This document shows, piece by piece, positions 1 through 8,509 of a stretch of DNA of 64,000 bases. Numbering within the stretch: the first letter of the stretch is position 1; every line of letters starts with the position of its first letter. Made by a program: the position numbers and the translations under genes. Under the pieces are notes generated by a model. That model saw nothing but the letters and a program-made list of their open reading frames with translations, ran no database searches and was not told where the DNA came from. This DNA is from Chthoniobacterales bacterium (GTDB lineage: Bacteria > Verrucomicrobiota > Verrucomicrobiia > Chthoniobacterales > UBA10450), in contig JBBPYF010000046.1 of assembly GCA_038200165.1 (NCBI GenBank), positions 11,871-75,870 on the forward strand, read 5' to 3'.

Positions 1-1031
1 CCCGCACGACACTGCCGATTCTTTCCAATGTGCTGCTGCAGGCGAAGGACGGCACGGTGCATTTGACTACGACAGATCTCGACGTCGGTGTGCGTGGCAG
101 CTTCGAAGCGAACGTCGAGAAAGGCGGCGCAACGACGCTGCCAGCGCGGCGATTGTTCACCATTATTCGCGAGCTGCCTTCGAGCGAAATTTCAGTGGAA
201 GTCGACGGCAAAAACGCCGCCTCCATTCGCAGCGGACAAAGCTTTTTCAAAATCCTCGGGTTGCCGGAAGAGGAATTTCCGCCATTGCCCAAATTCGAAG
301 GCGCCAAGATCGTAACCATGCGGCAGAAGGAGCTGCGCGACGGATTGCGCAAAACTTCTTATGCGATCTCGACCGACGAAACGCGCTACGTGCTCAATGG
401 CGTGCTCTTCTCTTTTAAGGAAACCAAGCTCACGCTCGTCGCCACCGACGGGCGCCGTCTCGCCATGGTCGATATCGAAATGGAATTTCCGCGCAGCCAG
501 GAAGCGGACATCATCGTGCCCACGAAAGCGGTGACAGAATTGCAGCGGCTGCTGACGGACGACGGCGAGGTCAAAATCAGCGTCGGCACGGGCCAAATCG
601 CCTTCGATCTGAACAACACGCTGCTGGTGTCGAAGCTGATCGAGGGAAACTATCCGAACTACAAGCAAGTCATCCCCTCGGAAGCGAAGGAGCGGGTCAC
701 GCTCGAGCGCGAGACGTTCCTGAACTCGCTGCGCCGGGTGTCATTGCTCGCGAGCGACAAATCCAATTCGATCAAGCTCAACTTCAGCAAGAATAACATC
801 GACATCACCGCCAACACGCCGGAAGTGGGCGAAGCGAAAGAAACGCTGCCGGTGCAATACAAGGGCCGCGATTTCTCCATCGCCTTCAATCCGGAGTTCC
901 TCATGGCGCCGTTGCGCGCGCTCGGTGAAGATGAAATCTTCCTCGACCTGATCGACGAGATGAGCCCCGGTGTTTTGAAAATCCAGACGCCCTTTCTCTA
1001 CGTGCTGATGCCGATGCGGATTAGCTCCTGA
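1..1031 (+). CDS. dnaN: DNA polymerase III beta sliding clamp, 5'-truncated by the window edge
   Basis: The frame stays open back to nt 3, upstream of the tracked GTG at 30 (..RTTLPILSNVLLQAKDG..). Clamp-like motifs PILSNVLL, RYVLNGVLF, LIEGNYPNY and IAFNPEFL. Stop at 1029-1031. Confidence 0.9.
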   Translation, partial: RTTLPILSNVLLQAKDGTVHLTTTDLDVGVRGSFEANVEKGGATTLPARRLFTIIRELPSSEISVEVDGKNAASIRSGQSFFKILGLPEEEFPPLPKFEGAKIVTMRQKELRDGLRKTSYAISTDETRYVLNGVLFSFKETKLTLVATDGRRLAMVDIEMEFPRSQEADIIVPTKAVTELQRLLTDDGEVKISVGTGQIAFDLNNTLLVSKLIEGNYPNYKQVIPSEAKERVTLERETFLNSLRRVSLLASDKSNSIKLNFSKNNIDITANTPEVGEAKETLPVQYKGRDFSIAFNPEFLMAPLRALGEDEIFLDLIDEMSPGVLKIQTPFLYVLMPMRISS

Positions 1032-1167
1032 CTTTCATCCTGATCTGCTGTCCTTGCCTCAGGAGAAATCAAGCTTCGAGGCGCATGGTCGGTTGCGACC
1101 TGCGAGCTTATGGCCATATGAGTATGGCAACAGCCAGGCGGACGAACAGGCGCTCTATTAGCTTCTT

Positions 1168-2069
1168 CTAGTACCCGGTCGACACCTCACGCGCCGCAGC
1201 CATGATCTCATGCCTGAAACGGCGATGACCCTGGCTGGCGATCTCGAAGGGAAGCTTCATTAAGGTTTTAACCACCTTTCGAATCTCGCGCTTGTTTGCT
1301 GGGAGCTGGACGGCCCCGATGTTGCCGCTCCTGATTTTTCGAAACGGCCACTTTTGAAAGAGCCACTCGGCTCTAAACTGCCCGCCGAATGGCAGAGGAT
1401 TGCCGCGGCGTTTGGCGGCCAAAACCAGCGTTCCCAACGCGATATCATGCAACCCGATCCAGCCGCCGGGCCGCGTTACTCGCGCCAGCCGAAGTAGATC
1501 CAATAGCGGGCAGGGATGCTGATGGTCGGCATCGATGAATCCGAATTGGAGCTCGTTAGGTCTTGCGAGCTTCTGGATGAAATCGGATTGGTGCGGTGCA
1601 TGAACTCGCACAGCCGGGGCAAACTCCGGGATAAGCGCAGCAACGTCAGCGGCGATAGCAACGGTCTGGTCACAGCGATAACAGGTGTGCGCGTCGATCG
1701 TTTCCACACGTGCTGTGATCGGCCGAGCTCCACCGCGGCAAAGCGTCGCCGCGATAACGGCGCGCTGGAAAAACCCGTACCGGTTCCCACTTCAATCACA
1801 CGCTCAGGTGAAAGAATGCTGGTCATTGCTGGCAGGAACAAAGTGTCACCCAAGCTCAACGAACCGGGTCGAGGCGGTCTCGTTGCCATAAGCCGCCGAA
1901 TCAGAGCCAACTCATCGATGTGCGGCTTCTTGCCTGAATGCGCCAGAACTCTCGCGAGCTCTTCGTACTTCGGCGCGTACTCGGCATAATTGTGGAATTC
2001 GATCTCGGCGTCCGTCACGCTGTCGCTTCTGAAGAAGAGGCGGGAAAAGCTTCCAAACTTCAATTTCAT
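1168..2069 (-). pseudogene. Class I SAM-dependent methyltransferase, frameshifted
   Basis: Two overlapping minus-strand ORFs (1476-2069 and 1168-1707). The N-part has the SAM loop VIEVGTGTGFS and then turns into R/S-rich junk. Shifting one frame at the homopolymer (plus-strand A5 at 1769-1773) gives ..RAVIAATLCRGGARPITARVETIDAH..FIDADHQHP..PGGWIGLHDI, the rest of the fold. Confidence 0.7.
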
Positions 2070-2152
2070 GCACGCGCTATCGATGAGGCGACCAGGTTGG
2101 AAGACACATCACGTTATCTTCCAAACAGAAAAGCTTGGCTCGAAAGGAGTTT

Positions 2153-3079
2153 TCACAACGAAAACAAGTTCGAGTTTAGCTTTTTCAGATCTCCTCCCGG
2201 CGCAAGAAGCACGCGCACGTCACTTCCCCGCGGCGCCCACATCTTCGGATCAGTTGGGCCAAACAGAACAGTGCAGTTCGCACCGGCGGCAGCGGCCAGA
2301 TGCGAAATTCCGCTGTCGTGCCCAAAGAAGCGTGCGCCCGCCACGAGCGCAGCGACGCGCCGCAGTGGCCAAGTGATAGCGTAACCAACTCGCGGGCCGA
2401 ACTGCTCGCGCACACGCGCGACCGCGCTCGAGTCGGCCTCGCCGCCGATGATGACTACCCCTTCACCACGGGCGAGCTGCTCTTCGATGAGCCCGATCCA
2501 GTTTTCCATCGGCCAGTTCTTGCGAGGGCTTCCGCTACCGGCATGCAGCGCGAGCAACGGAAGCGGGAACTCGGCGCGGGCGGCTGCAATTTCTCGTGCG
2601 CTCAGCTCGTCGATCTTCGGCGCCCAATCGGTGACCGCTATGCCGAGCTGACGCAGCGGCGCGGCAAGTTGCTCAGTGGCGTGCATACCCGGTCCGATGC
2701 GATGCGGGCCAACGACAAACCTGAGTACGCCGCAGGCGCGGACATTTGTTTCGAAGGTTCGATCGGGATCGTGCAGATAAGAAAGGATGAGATCGTGCCC
2801 GCGGAAATACTCGCGCCAACCTCGCGGCAGTTCTGCATCGGCGACGAAGAAACGGGCAAGATCAGGATCGTCCAATGTCCACTTGGGATTTCCGGTGAGG
2901 TCGGCGAAACGTCTGTTGGCGACGATGTTGACCTGGTCGAATTTGCGGCGCAGTGCCCGCACAACTAGCAGCGTCAGGATCAAATCGCCCAGCGCGCCGC
3001 CGCGAAGAACGAGTGCGCGTTTAATAGGAGAACAGCGCCAGAGCAATGAGCACTGCGCCGTAAAGGAAGGTGACCACAT
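2153..3079 (-). CDS. Glycosyltransferase family 9 (ADP-heptose:LPS heptosyltransferase-like)
   Basis: LRGGALGDLILTLLVVRAL, HAGSGSPRKNWP and FFGHDSGISHLAAAAG..LFGPTDP. The start is uncertain: ATG 3079 overlaps the upstream gene by 59 nt, and TTG at 3046 is an alternative. Confidence 0.8.
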   Translation of the reverse strand: MWSPSFTAQCSLLWRCSPIKRALVLRGGALGDLILTLLVVRALRRKFDQVNIVANRRFADLTGNPKWTLDDPDLARFFVADAELPRGWREYFRGHDLILSYLHDPDRTFETNVRACGVLRFVVGPHRIGPGMHATEQLAAPLRQLGIAVTDWAPKIDELSAREIAAARAEFPLPLLALHAGSGSPRKNWPMENWIGLIEEQLARGEGVVIIGGEADSSAVARVREQFGPRVGYAITWPLRRVAALVAGARFFGHDSGISHLAAAAGANCTVLFGPTDPKMWAPRGSDVRVLLAPGGDLKKLNSNLFSL

Positions 3080-3572
3080 GCAAGCCGCGCCAGCGCGCCG
3101 CCGTCTTGCTCAGCCAGCTGATTTGATCGCGCAGCGTGTACGGCATTGTCACCCAAACCAGTCCGAGCACGATGAGGATGTAAGCGAAAACGGTGAGAAC
3201 GAGCCGGCTTGTTTCGTAGCGAAAGAAGGCGGCATCGAGCAACGGCTCGGCGGCGAGCAGGACGAGAATGCCGAGGGCGCGCACGGCGAGAAATTCATCG
3301 ACGAAGCGCAGCGTGAGGAAGAAGCCGATCGGCAGCGCAATGAGAAAAGGGCGACGAAAAACGGAGAACTCGCCCATCTCCATCGTCGAAACGAGGCAGA
3401 AACTCCAGACCAGATCGATCGCGAGCAAGACGATGCCGGCAATGTATGAGCGGGGAAACCTCGCCGCGCTTCTTTGCGCCGGAGCATGGAGGGCGAACCC
3501 GGTGAGGCCGAGCAGGCAAAGAATGGCGCCGGCGACAAAGGCGGCAGCCTGCAGAGAAAAATGGAAAATCAT
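3021..3572 (-). CDS. Hypothetical polytopic membrane protein
   Basis: 183-aa ORF made almost entirely of hydrophobic helices. It lies 3 nt downstream of miaB on the same strand. No family recognised. Confidence 0.55.
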   Translation of the reverse strand: MIFHFSLQAAAFVAGAILCLLGLTGFALHAPAQRSAARFPRSYIAGIVLLAIDLVWSFCLVSTMEMGEFSVFRRPFLIALPIGFFLTLRFVDEFLAVRALGILVLLAAEPLLDAAFFRYETSRLVLTVFAYILIVLGLVWVTMPYTLRDQISWLSKTAARWRGLHVVTFLYGAVLIALALFSY

Positions 3573-3575
3573 GAC

Positions 3576-4988
3576 TCAGTTCACGGGCGTGCCGTAGAGG
3601 CTGAAACCATTGGCGCGCTCGATTGTGACGTCGAAGATTTTGCCGATGTGCCCCGAGTCGCCGTCGAAAACGACAACTTTGTTGCCGCGGGTGCGGCCCA
3701 TGAGCCGCGATGCATTCGTTTTGCTCGGCCCTTCGCAGAGAATTTCCGCGCGCGCGCCGACGAGTTTTTCGTGCGCCCGCCGCGCCGCCGCGTTCACTAC
3801 TTCGAGCAAGTCCTGATTGCGCGCTTCCCTGGTCGCTTCATCAATCTGAGCCGGCATTTCCGCAGCGGGTGTTTCGCGACGGGGCGAGTACCGGAAGACA
3901 AAAGCATTATCGAATTGAAGATGCTGAACCACTGAGCGCGTGGCCTGATAATCGGCATTAGTTTCACCAGGGAAGCCGACGATGATATCAGTGGTGATGG
4001 CGATGCCGGGGCGCGCGGCGCGAATTTCGCCGGCGAGGTCCGTGTATTTTTCCGCTGTGTAGGGACGGTGCATGGACTTGAGAATGCGGTTGGAGCCGGA
4101 CTGAAGCGGCAGGTGCACGTGTTCCGCGAGCTTTGGCAACGTCGCGATCGCCTCGATCAAGTCGTCACGAAAACCGATGGGATGCGGCGAAGTGAAGCGG
4201 AGGCGTTCGAGCCCGTCGATCGCATGCACCGCTTCGAGTAATTGCACAAATGGGCTTTTGCTGCGCAGTTGAGAGGTTGAGCGGTTGAGAGGTTGAGAGG
4301 AAGCACAAGGAAATTCGTGGCGGCCATAGAGATTTACGATCTGCCCGAGCAACGTCACTTCTTTCACGCCGCTCCCGACGAGGGCGCGCACTTCGGTAAC
4401 GATCTCTTCAATAGTGCGGCTGCGCTCCGAACCCCGGGTGCGCGGGACGATGCAAAATGTACAATGCATGTTGCAGCCTTGCATAATGGAAACGAAGGCG
4501 GTCGCTTGTTTTCTCCCAAGCATTTGATCGCGAATGGTCGATTGGGAGCCAGGTTCCGCTTCGACATCAACGATTGAGAAGCGCGGATCGTCGAACCGGC
4601 GGTGACGCTTCCGATCGAGTGTCGTCTCCACGTAATCCGCCACGCGATGAAATTTCTGCGTGCCGACGACGAGATCGAGATGTGGGATTTCCTTTAACAA
4701 TGATTCGCCGCGAGCCTGCGCCATGCAGCCAAGAAATCCGAAGACGACTTCAGGCCGCGCGCGGGTGATGCGTCCCAGCATTCCCATTTTGCCGAGCGCC
4801 TTCTGCTCGGCCATGTCGCGCACACTGCAAGTGTTGAGCAAGATCACATCGGCTTCGGTCTCTGTCCCGACTCGTTTGTAACCGCGCGCGATGAGCGAAT
4901 GCGCGACTTGCTCCGAATCGCGTTCGTTCATCTGGCAGCCGTAGGTCTTGATGAAGAAAGTGGGCATGCGAAAACGCGAACGATACAC
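3576..4988 (-). CDS. miaB: tRNA-2-methylthio-N6-dimethylallyladenosine synthase
   Basis: FFIKTYGCQMNERDSE N-terminal cluster, radical-SAM CNMHCTFC and a TRAM-like C-terminus (GRTRGNKVVVF). Confidence 0.93.
   Translation of the reverse strand: MYRSRFRMPTFFIKTYGCQMNERDSEQVAHSLIARGYKRVGTETEADVILLNTCSVRDMAEQKALGKMGMLGRITRARPEVVFGFLGCMAQARGESLLKEIPHLDLVVGTQKFHRVADYVETTLDRKRHRRFDDPRFSIVDVEAEPGSQSTIRDQMLGRKQATAFVSIMQGCNMHCTFCIVPRTRGSERSRTIEEIVTEVRALVGSGVKEVTLLGQIVNLYGRHEFPCASSQPLNRSTSQLRSKSPFVQLLEAVHAIDGLERLRFTSPHPIGFRDDLIEAIATLPKLAEHVHLPLQSGSNRILKSMHRPYTAEKYTDLAGEIRAARPGIAITTDIIVGFPGETNADYQATRSVVQHLQFDNAFVFRYSPRRETPAAEMPAQIDEATREARNQDLLEVVNAAARRAHEKLVGARAEILCEGPSKTNASRLMGRTRGNKVVVFDGDSGHIGKIFDVTIERANGFSLYGTPVN
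4268..4299. repeat. Tandem repeat, 8 bp x 4 (GTTGAGAG, one GTTGAGCG variant), inside miaB
   Basis: Read directly: gttgagag gttgagcg gttgagag gttgagag. On the coding strand it encodes part of SSQPLNRSTSQLRS. Confidence 0.9.
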
Positions 4989-5020
4989 AGAGGGAGCGTG
5001 CGCGCTATCAGCACGCGGCT

Positions 5021-5114
5021 GTCATCCCGAGCGCAGCGAAGCGGAGTCGAGGGATCCCGAGGAAGCTACTTTTAAGGCAGCGCCACGGGATCCCTCGACT
5101 GCGCTCGGGATGAC
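5021..5114. repeat. Family-A palindromic element (GTCATCCCGAGCG..GGGATCCC / GGGATCCCTCGAC..CGCTCGGGATGAC)
   Basis: Arms gtcatcccgagcgcagcgaagcggagtcgagggatccc and gggatccctcgactgcgctcgggatgac flank an asymmetric ~30-nt centre. Intergenic between the miaB start and the lipoprotein gene end. Confidence 0.9.
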
Positions 5115-5118
5115 GAAC

Positions 5119-5904
5119 TCACGGCGGTGTGGCGAACTGCCCCGGAAACGGATTTGCGCGCAAACGCCGCTGGACCTCCTCCCAACTCCACGGATCGGTG
5201 CCGGCTTCATTGAAGAGGGCAATGCCGATGACGCCGACGTTGCGCGTATTCTGATACTTCTCGTTCGCGTAAGATTCGCGCACCGGTCCGAAGCGGAAAG
5301 CTGCGACCGCCTCGGCGCTTTGTCGGAAACCTTCGACGAGAAGATGCGCGCGCGGCTGCACGACGTAACCGCGCTTGCCAAATGAAGCCGCGCGCCCGTC
5401 GATCACATCGAGCCCGTCAACCGAGAGCACAACCTCAAGTGGCCAGTTCGTGCGATTGCGCACTTCAACGGAATAGCGCCGTCCCTCTTTGCCGATGACA
5501 AACCACCGGTCGCCCACAACGAGGCCGGGAAGTAAGCGGCCGCTCCCGTCGCGCAATTCCACCGTGACGAGAGCAGCAGCGGGATCAGGAAGAAATGGCG
5601 CACGACGCACCCATGCCACCGCCCCGGCCATCGCACGGACGCCAGTAGCGTCATTGTAATAAATACTCGCCACTGCAAAGGGGCGACGGGAATTGGCACG
5701 CTCAAAAGCCGCAGTCTCGACCTGCGAGTGACGCGTCTCGCCCCATTTCGTGCCGAGCCCCGGACGGTCACGCGGCGGCTCGGCAAAACTGGAGCGCGCA
5801 GAGGCGGCATAAGCGTGTGCCTCGGGTGCCGGTTCAGGCGCAGTCTCGCAACTGGTGACGAACAGCGCGAGCAGCACGGGGAGAATGGAGGGCGCGTATT
5901 TCAT
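5119..5904 (-). CDS. Hypothetical lipoprotein
   Basis: Internal ATG at 5904 gives MKYAPSILPVLLALFVTSC (lipobox). The tracked ORF extension to 6099 only reads through a degenerate family-A repeat (..ARLRFAPSGMT..). Confidence 0.6.
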   Translation of the reverse strand: MKYAPSILPVLLALFVTSCETAPEPAPEAHAYAASARSSFAEPPRDRPGLGTKWGETRHSQVETAAFERANSRRPFAVASIYYNDATGVRAMAGAVAWVRRAPFLPDPAAALVTVELRDGSGRLLPGLVVGDRWFVIGKEGRRYSVEVRNRTNWPLEVVLSVDGLDVIDGRAASFGKRGYVVQPRAHLLVEGFRQSAEAVAAFRFGPVRESYANEKYQNTRNVGVIGIALFNEAGTDPWSWEEVQRRLRANPFPGQFATPP

Positions 5905-5962
5905 TTCAGGCGTCTGCCGCCAAGGACGGCGACAGCTACAATAAGTCCGGCCAGCCGCAACC

Positions 5963-6066
5963 GTCATCCCCGAAGGGGCGAAGCGGAGTCGAGCGATTCC
6001 GAGGAAGGTATCTTGAAGAAAGCGCCACCGGGATCTTCGACTTCGCTTTGCTGCCGTCAGGCTGAC
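5963..6066. repeat. Family-A palindromic element, degenerate copy
   Basis: gtcatccccgaaggggcgaagcggagtcgagcgattcc ... gggatcttcgacttcgctttgctgccgtcaggctgac. The arms are recognisable but mutated. Confidence 0.6.
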
Positions 6067-6130
6067 AGGACGAGGCGTCGAAGACAATTCTCTTTTCAAT
6101 GCACCCCCGGTTTCGCTTCAATCATCGCGC

Positions 6131-6994
6131 ATGAAAGAAGCGGCCATCGGGATCATTGGCGGGAGCGGGTTGTATCACATGGAAGGGTTTTCGAACCTCG
6201 TGGAGCACACAATTGAGACGCCCTTTGGCCCGCCCTCCGATGTGATCGTCGGCGGCAAAATGTCGGGCCGGCAGGTTTTTTTTCTGCCGCGACATGGACG
6301 CGGGCATCGCATCTTGCCGCACGAGCTGAATCATCGCGCGAATATTTACGCGCTGCGATCCCTTAATGTGCGCTGGATCATTTGCGTGACCGCGGTCGGG
6401 AGTCTCCAGGAAAAATACGCGCCGCGCGATGTGCTATTACCATCCCAGTTTTTCGATCGCACCAGTCAGCGCGCGATGCACACCTTCTTTGGCGACGGCA
6501 TCGCGGCGCACGTATCATTTGCTGACCCGATTTCGCCCACTTTGCGCCAGCTCCTGGCAGAAGCGGCGCGGGAAACGGGCGCGCGTTTTCACGATGGGGG
6601 CACTTACGTGAACATGGACGGCCCCGCGTTTTCCACGCGCGCGGAATCCGAGTTCAACCGGCGCCAGGGGTTTGATGTTATTGGGATGACGAATTTACCC
6701 GAGGCAAAACTGGCGCGCGAAGCCGAGATTGCCCTGGCGACGCTGGCCATGATTACCGATTACGATTGCTGGAAAGTGGAGGAGGAACCGGTTTCAGCTC
6801 AGACCGTCTTTAGTCATCTGGTGGCGAATGCCGAAACGGCGAAGAAAATTCTCACTGCCGTGGTCCCGAAAATTCCAGCGACACCCGACTGGCCGGAACA
6901 TCGGGCGCTCGAGACGGCGCTGACGACTGAGCGCAAGCTCTGGCCGGCGGCGACGTTAAAGAAGCTCGGCCCGATACTGGAACGATTTGCGTGA
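6131..6994 (+). CDS. mtnP: S-methyl-5'-thioadenosine phosphorylase
   Basis: IGIIGGSGLY, FLPRHGRGHRILPHELNHRANIYAL and VIGMTNLPEAKLAREAE are typical of MTAP/PNP family 2. Confidence 0.9.
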   Translation: MKEAAIGIIGGSGLYHMEGFSNLVEHTIETPFGPPSDVIVGGKMSGRQVFFLPRHGRGHRILPHELNHRANIYALRSLNVRWIICVTAVGSLQEKYAPRDVLLPSQFFDRTSQRAMHTFFGDGIAAHVSFADPISPTLRQLLAEAARETGARFHDGGTYVNMDGPAFSTRAESEFNRRQGFDVIGMTNLPEAKLAREAEIALATLAMITDYDCWKVEEEPVSAQTVFSHLVANAETAKKILTAVVPKIPATPDWPEHRALETALTTERKLWPAATLKKLGPILERFA

Positions 6995-7069
6995 AAAATT
7001 AAGTATTGCGTCGCGAAATGAAACTATGGTAATTATAAAGCCGTTCGCACATCTCCCGAACCAGACATC

Positions 7070-7342
7070 ATGATCAAAATCCTCACCCCCGTGTTCGTGC
7101 TGGCCTTGCTCAGCGCCTGCCAAACCACCGATCTGGCTCACCGCCATACCCTCGAACAACGGACACTCGCGCAACGCCAGCAGAATCACGCCGCTTACGC
7201 TGCGAATACGGACGTCGAGCCGCCGCCGCCAGCTGAAGGTCCGGACGATGTCCCCGAGGGACCGGCGCGCGATCCGAACCGTAATCCGGCGCTGGTGCCT
7301 TCTCCCCTGCTGCGATATTCGGCAGCGTCGATGACGCCGTAG
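7070..7342 (+). CDS. Small hypothetical lipoprotein
   Basis: MIKILTPVFVLALLSAC lipobox followed by a Pro-rich low-complexity tail. Confidence 0.5.
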   Translation: MIKILTPVFVLALLSACQTTDLAHRHTLEQRTLAQRQQNHAAYAANTDVEPPPPAEGPDDVPEGPARDPNRNPALVPSPLLRYSAASMTP

Positions 7343-7397
7343 GCTGGTCGGCGGTCACAGACCACAGCTACCGCAGGCTGACTTCCGAGGAAAGAGT

Positions 7398-7418
7398 GTT
7401 TCGGCGGGACGCCGAAAC
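7398..7418. terminator. Perfect 9-bp hairpin between convergent genes
   Basis: gtttcggcg-gga-cgccgaaac. On the minus strand it is followed by actctttcc. No strong U-tract on either strand. Confidence 0.4.
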
Positions 7419-7460
7419 CAGCACACCGGACGCGTGCTACCGGAGTTCCGCGCGCTTGCG

Positions 7461-8285
7461 TCAGTGCGCCGCGCTGCCGTTCTGCTGCACCACGCGCTGC
7501 TCGGCCTGGCGCTTGGCGATGACAAAATGATTATTGTCGCCGTAATTCCGCCACGGACCTGGCGGCACATCGCGCACTTCCACAAATTGCCAGTCAGTCA
7601 CGTCCATTGGGCTGAGGCCGAGATAATCGCGAACGGCCGGTGAGACATCGAGCCCCGCGCCGTGATTAAGGTTCGGCTTTGGGCGCTCGTTCTGGAAAAC
7701 GTATTGAAAATGGTCCGTGCGAAACGGCCCGCAGTCTTCCCATTGCGCATAACAAATCCGGTTGCCTTTGCGAATGGCGATCCAGCGATCCTTGCAGACC
7801 GAGCGCCCCGGTTCGGTATAGGCAGTTTTGAACCAGGGAATCACCAGCGGCGCTTCAGGTTTAAACTGGCCGTGGGTGACGTCGTTATATGGGAGCGCGC
7901 AATAGAATGGGTTCTGCCGCGGCACGAATGACGCCGGCACATAATTACGCCGCGAACCGGGATCGGGATTATCAAACCCGCCATAGTTCGAGGTCCAGTT
8001 CGCGTCCCATGAGCTTTTGAAATTCGGCACCGGATTGTTCATCGCCGCCTGCTCGCCCACCCAAAAAACCGTCGTGACAATGTTCGCCTTCCACGGATAA
8101 CGCGTCGTCGTGCTCGTGCGCGAGGCCGTCGGCACAAAGACCTGCGGCTCGACTTTGAGCAGCGCCTGCTCGCGGAGTTTACGCGCATATTTCGCAAAAT
8201 CTGCCGCGCTTTCGTAGGGCGACTGCGACATGGCCGTCATGGCGGCGCCGAGGGTAAAAGCGACAACGGCAGGGCTTTTCCTCAT
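7461..8285 (-). CDS. Hypothetical secreted protein
   Basis: ATG at 8285 gives the signal peptide MRKSPAVVAFTLGAAMTAMSQ. Trp/Pro-rich mature part. No family recognised with confidence. Confidence 0.6.
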   Translation of the reverse strand: MRKSPAVVAFTLGAAMTAMSQSPYESAADFAKYARKLREQALLKVEPQVFVPTASRTSTTTRYPWKANIVTTVFWVGEQAAMNNPVPNFKSSWDANWTSNYGGFDNPDPGSRRNYVPASFVPRQNPFYCALPYNDVTHGQFKPEAPLVIPWFKTAYTEPGRSVCKDRWIAIRKGNRICYAQWEDCGPFRTDHFQYVFQNERPKPNLNHGAGLDVSPAVRDYLGLSPMDVTDWQFVEVRDVPPGPWRNYGDNNHFVIAKRQAEQRVVQQNGSAAH

Positions 8286-8407
8286 GGGCGACACAGCTTT
8301 ATAGGAGAATGCGCAGGCGGGCAAGCGGTTTCCCTACGCCCCAAAACTCGCCGCTCGCCGGCGCACTCCATTCCAAGCAGCATCCGTTCCACCACTACTT
8401 CCTCCCT

Positions 8408-8500
8408 GTCATCCCGATCGGAGCGAAGCGAAGTCGAGGGATCCGGCGGAAGTAGCTCGGACGTACCACAACGGGATCCCTCGGATTCGCTCGGGATGAC
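8408..8500. repeat. Family-A palindromic element
   Basis: gtcatcccgatcggagcgaagcgaagtcgagggatcc ... gggatccctcggattcgctcgggatgac, ending 10 nt before the nadB stop. Confidence 0.85.
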
Positions 8501-8509
8501 GGACGATGA

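Noticed and set aside
1032-1167. A 28-aa ORF (MVGCDLRAYGHMSMATARRTNRRSISFF) in the dnaN-downstream spacer.
   Set aside because: It has no credible ribosome-binding site at the proper distance, no recognisable features and no hint of conservation.
5905-6099. The N-terminal 65-aa extension of the tracked ORF 5119-6099. The same applies to the N-extensions of 16314-18329, 36969-38615, 41143-42516, 48295-49803 and 61497-62453.
   Set aside because: The extensions read through repeats, tRNA-Gly or neighbouring genes. Internal starts give proper signal peptides or family-typical N-termini.
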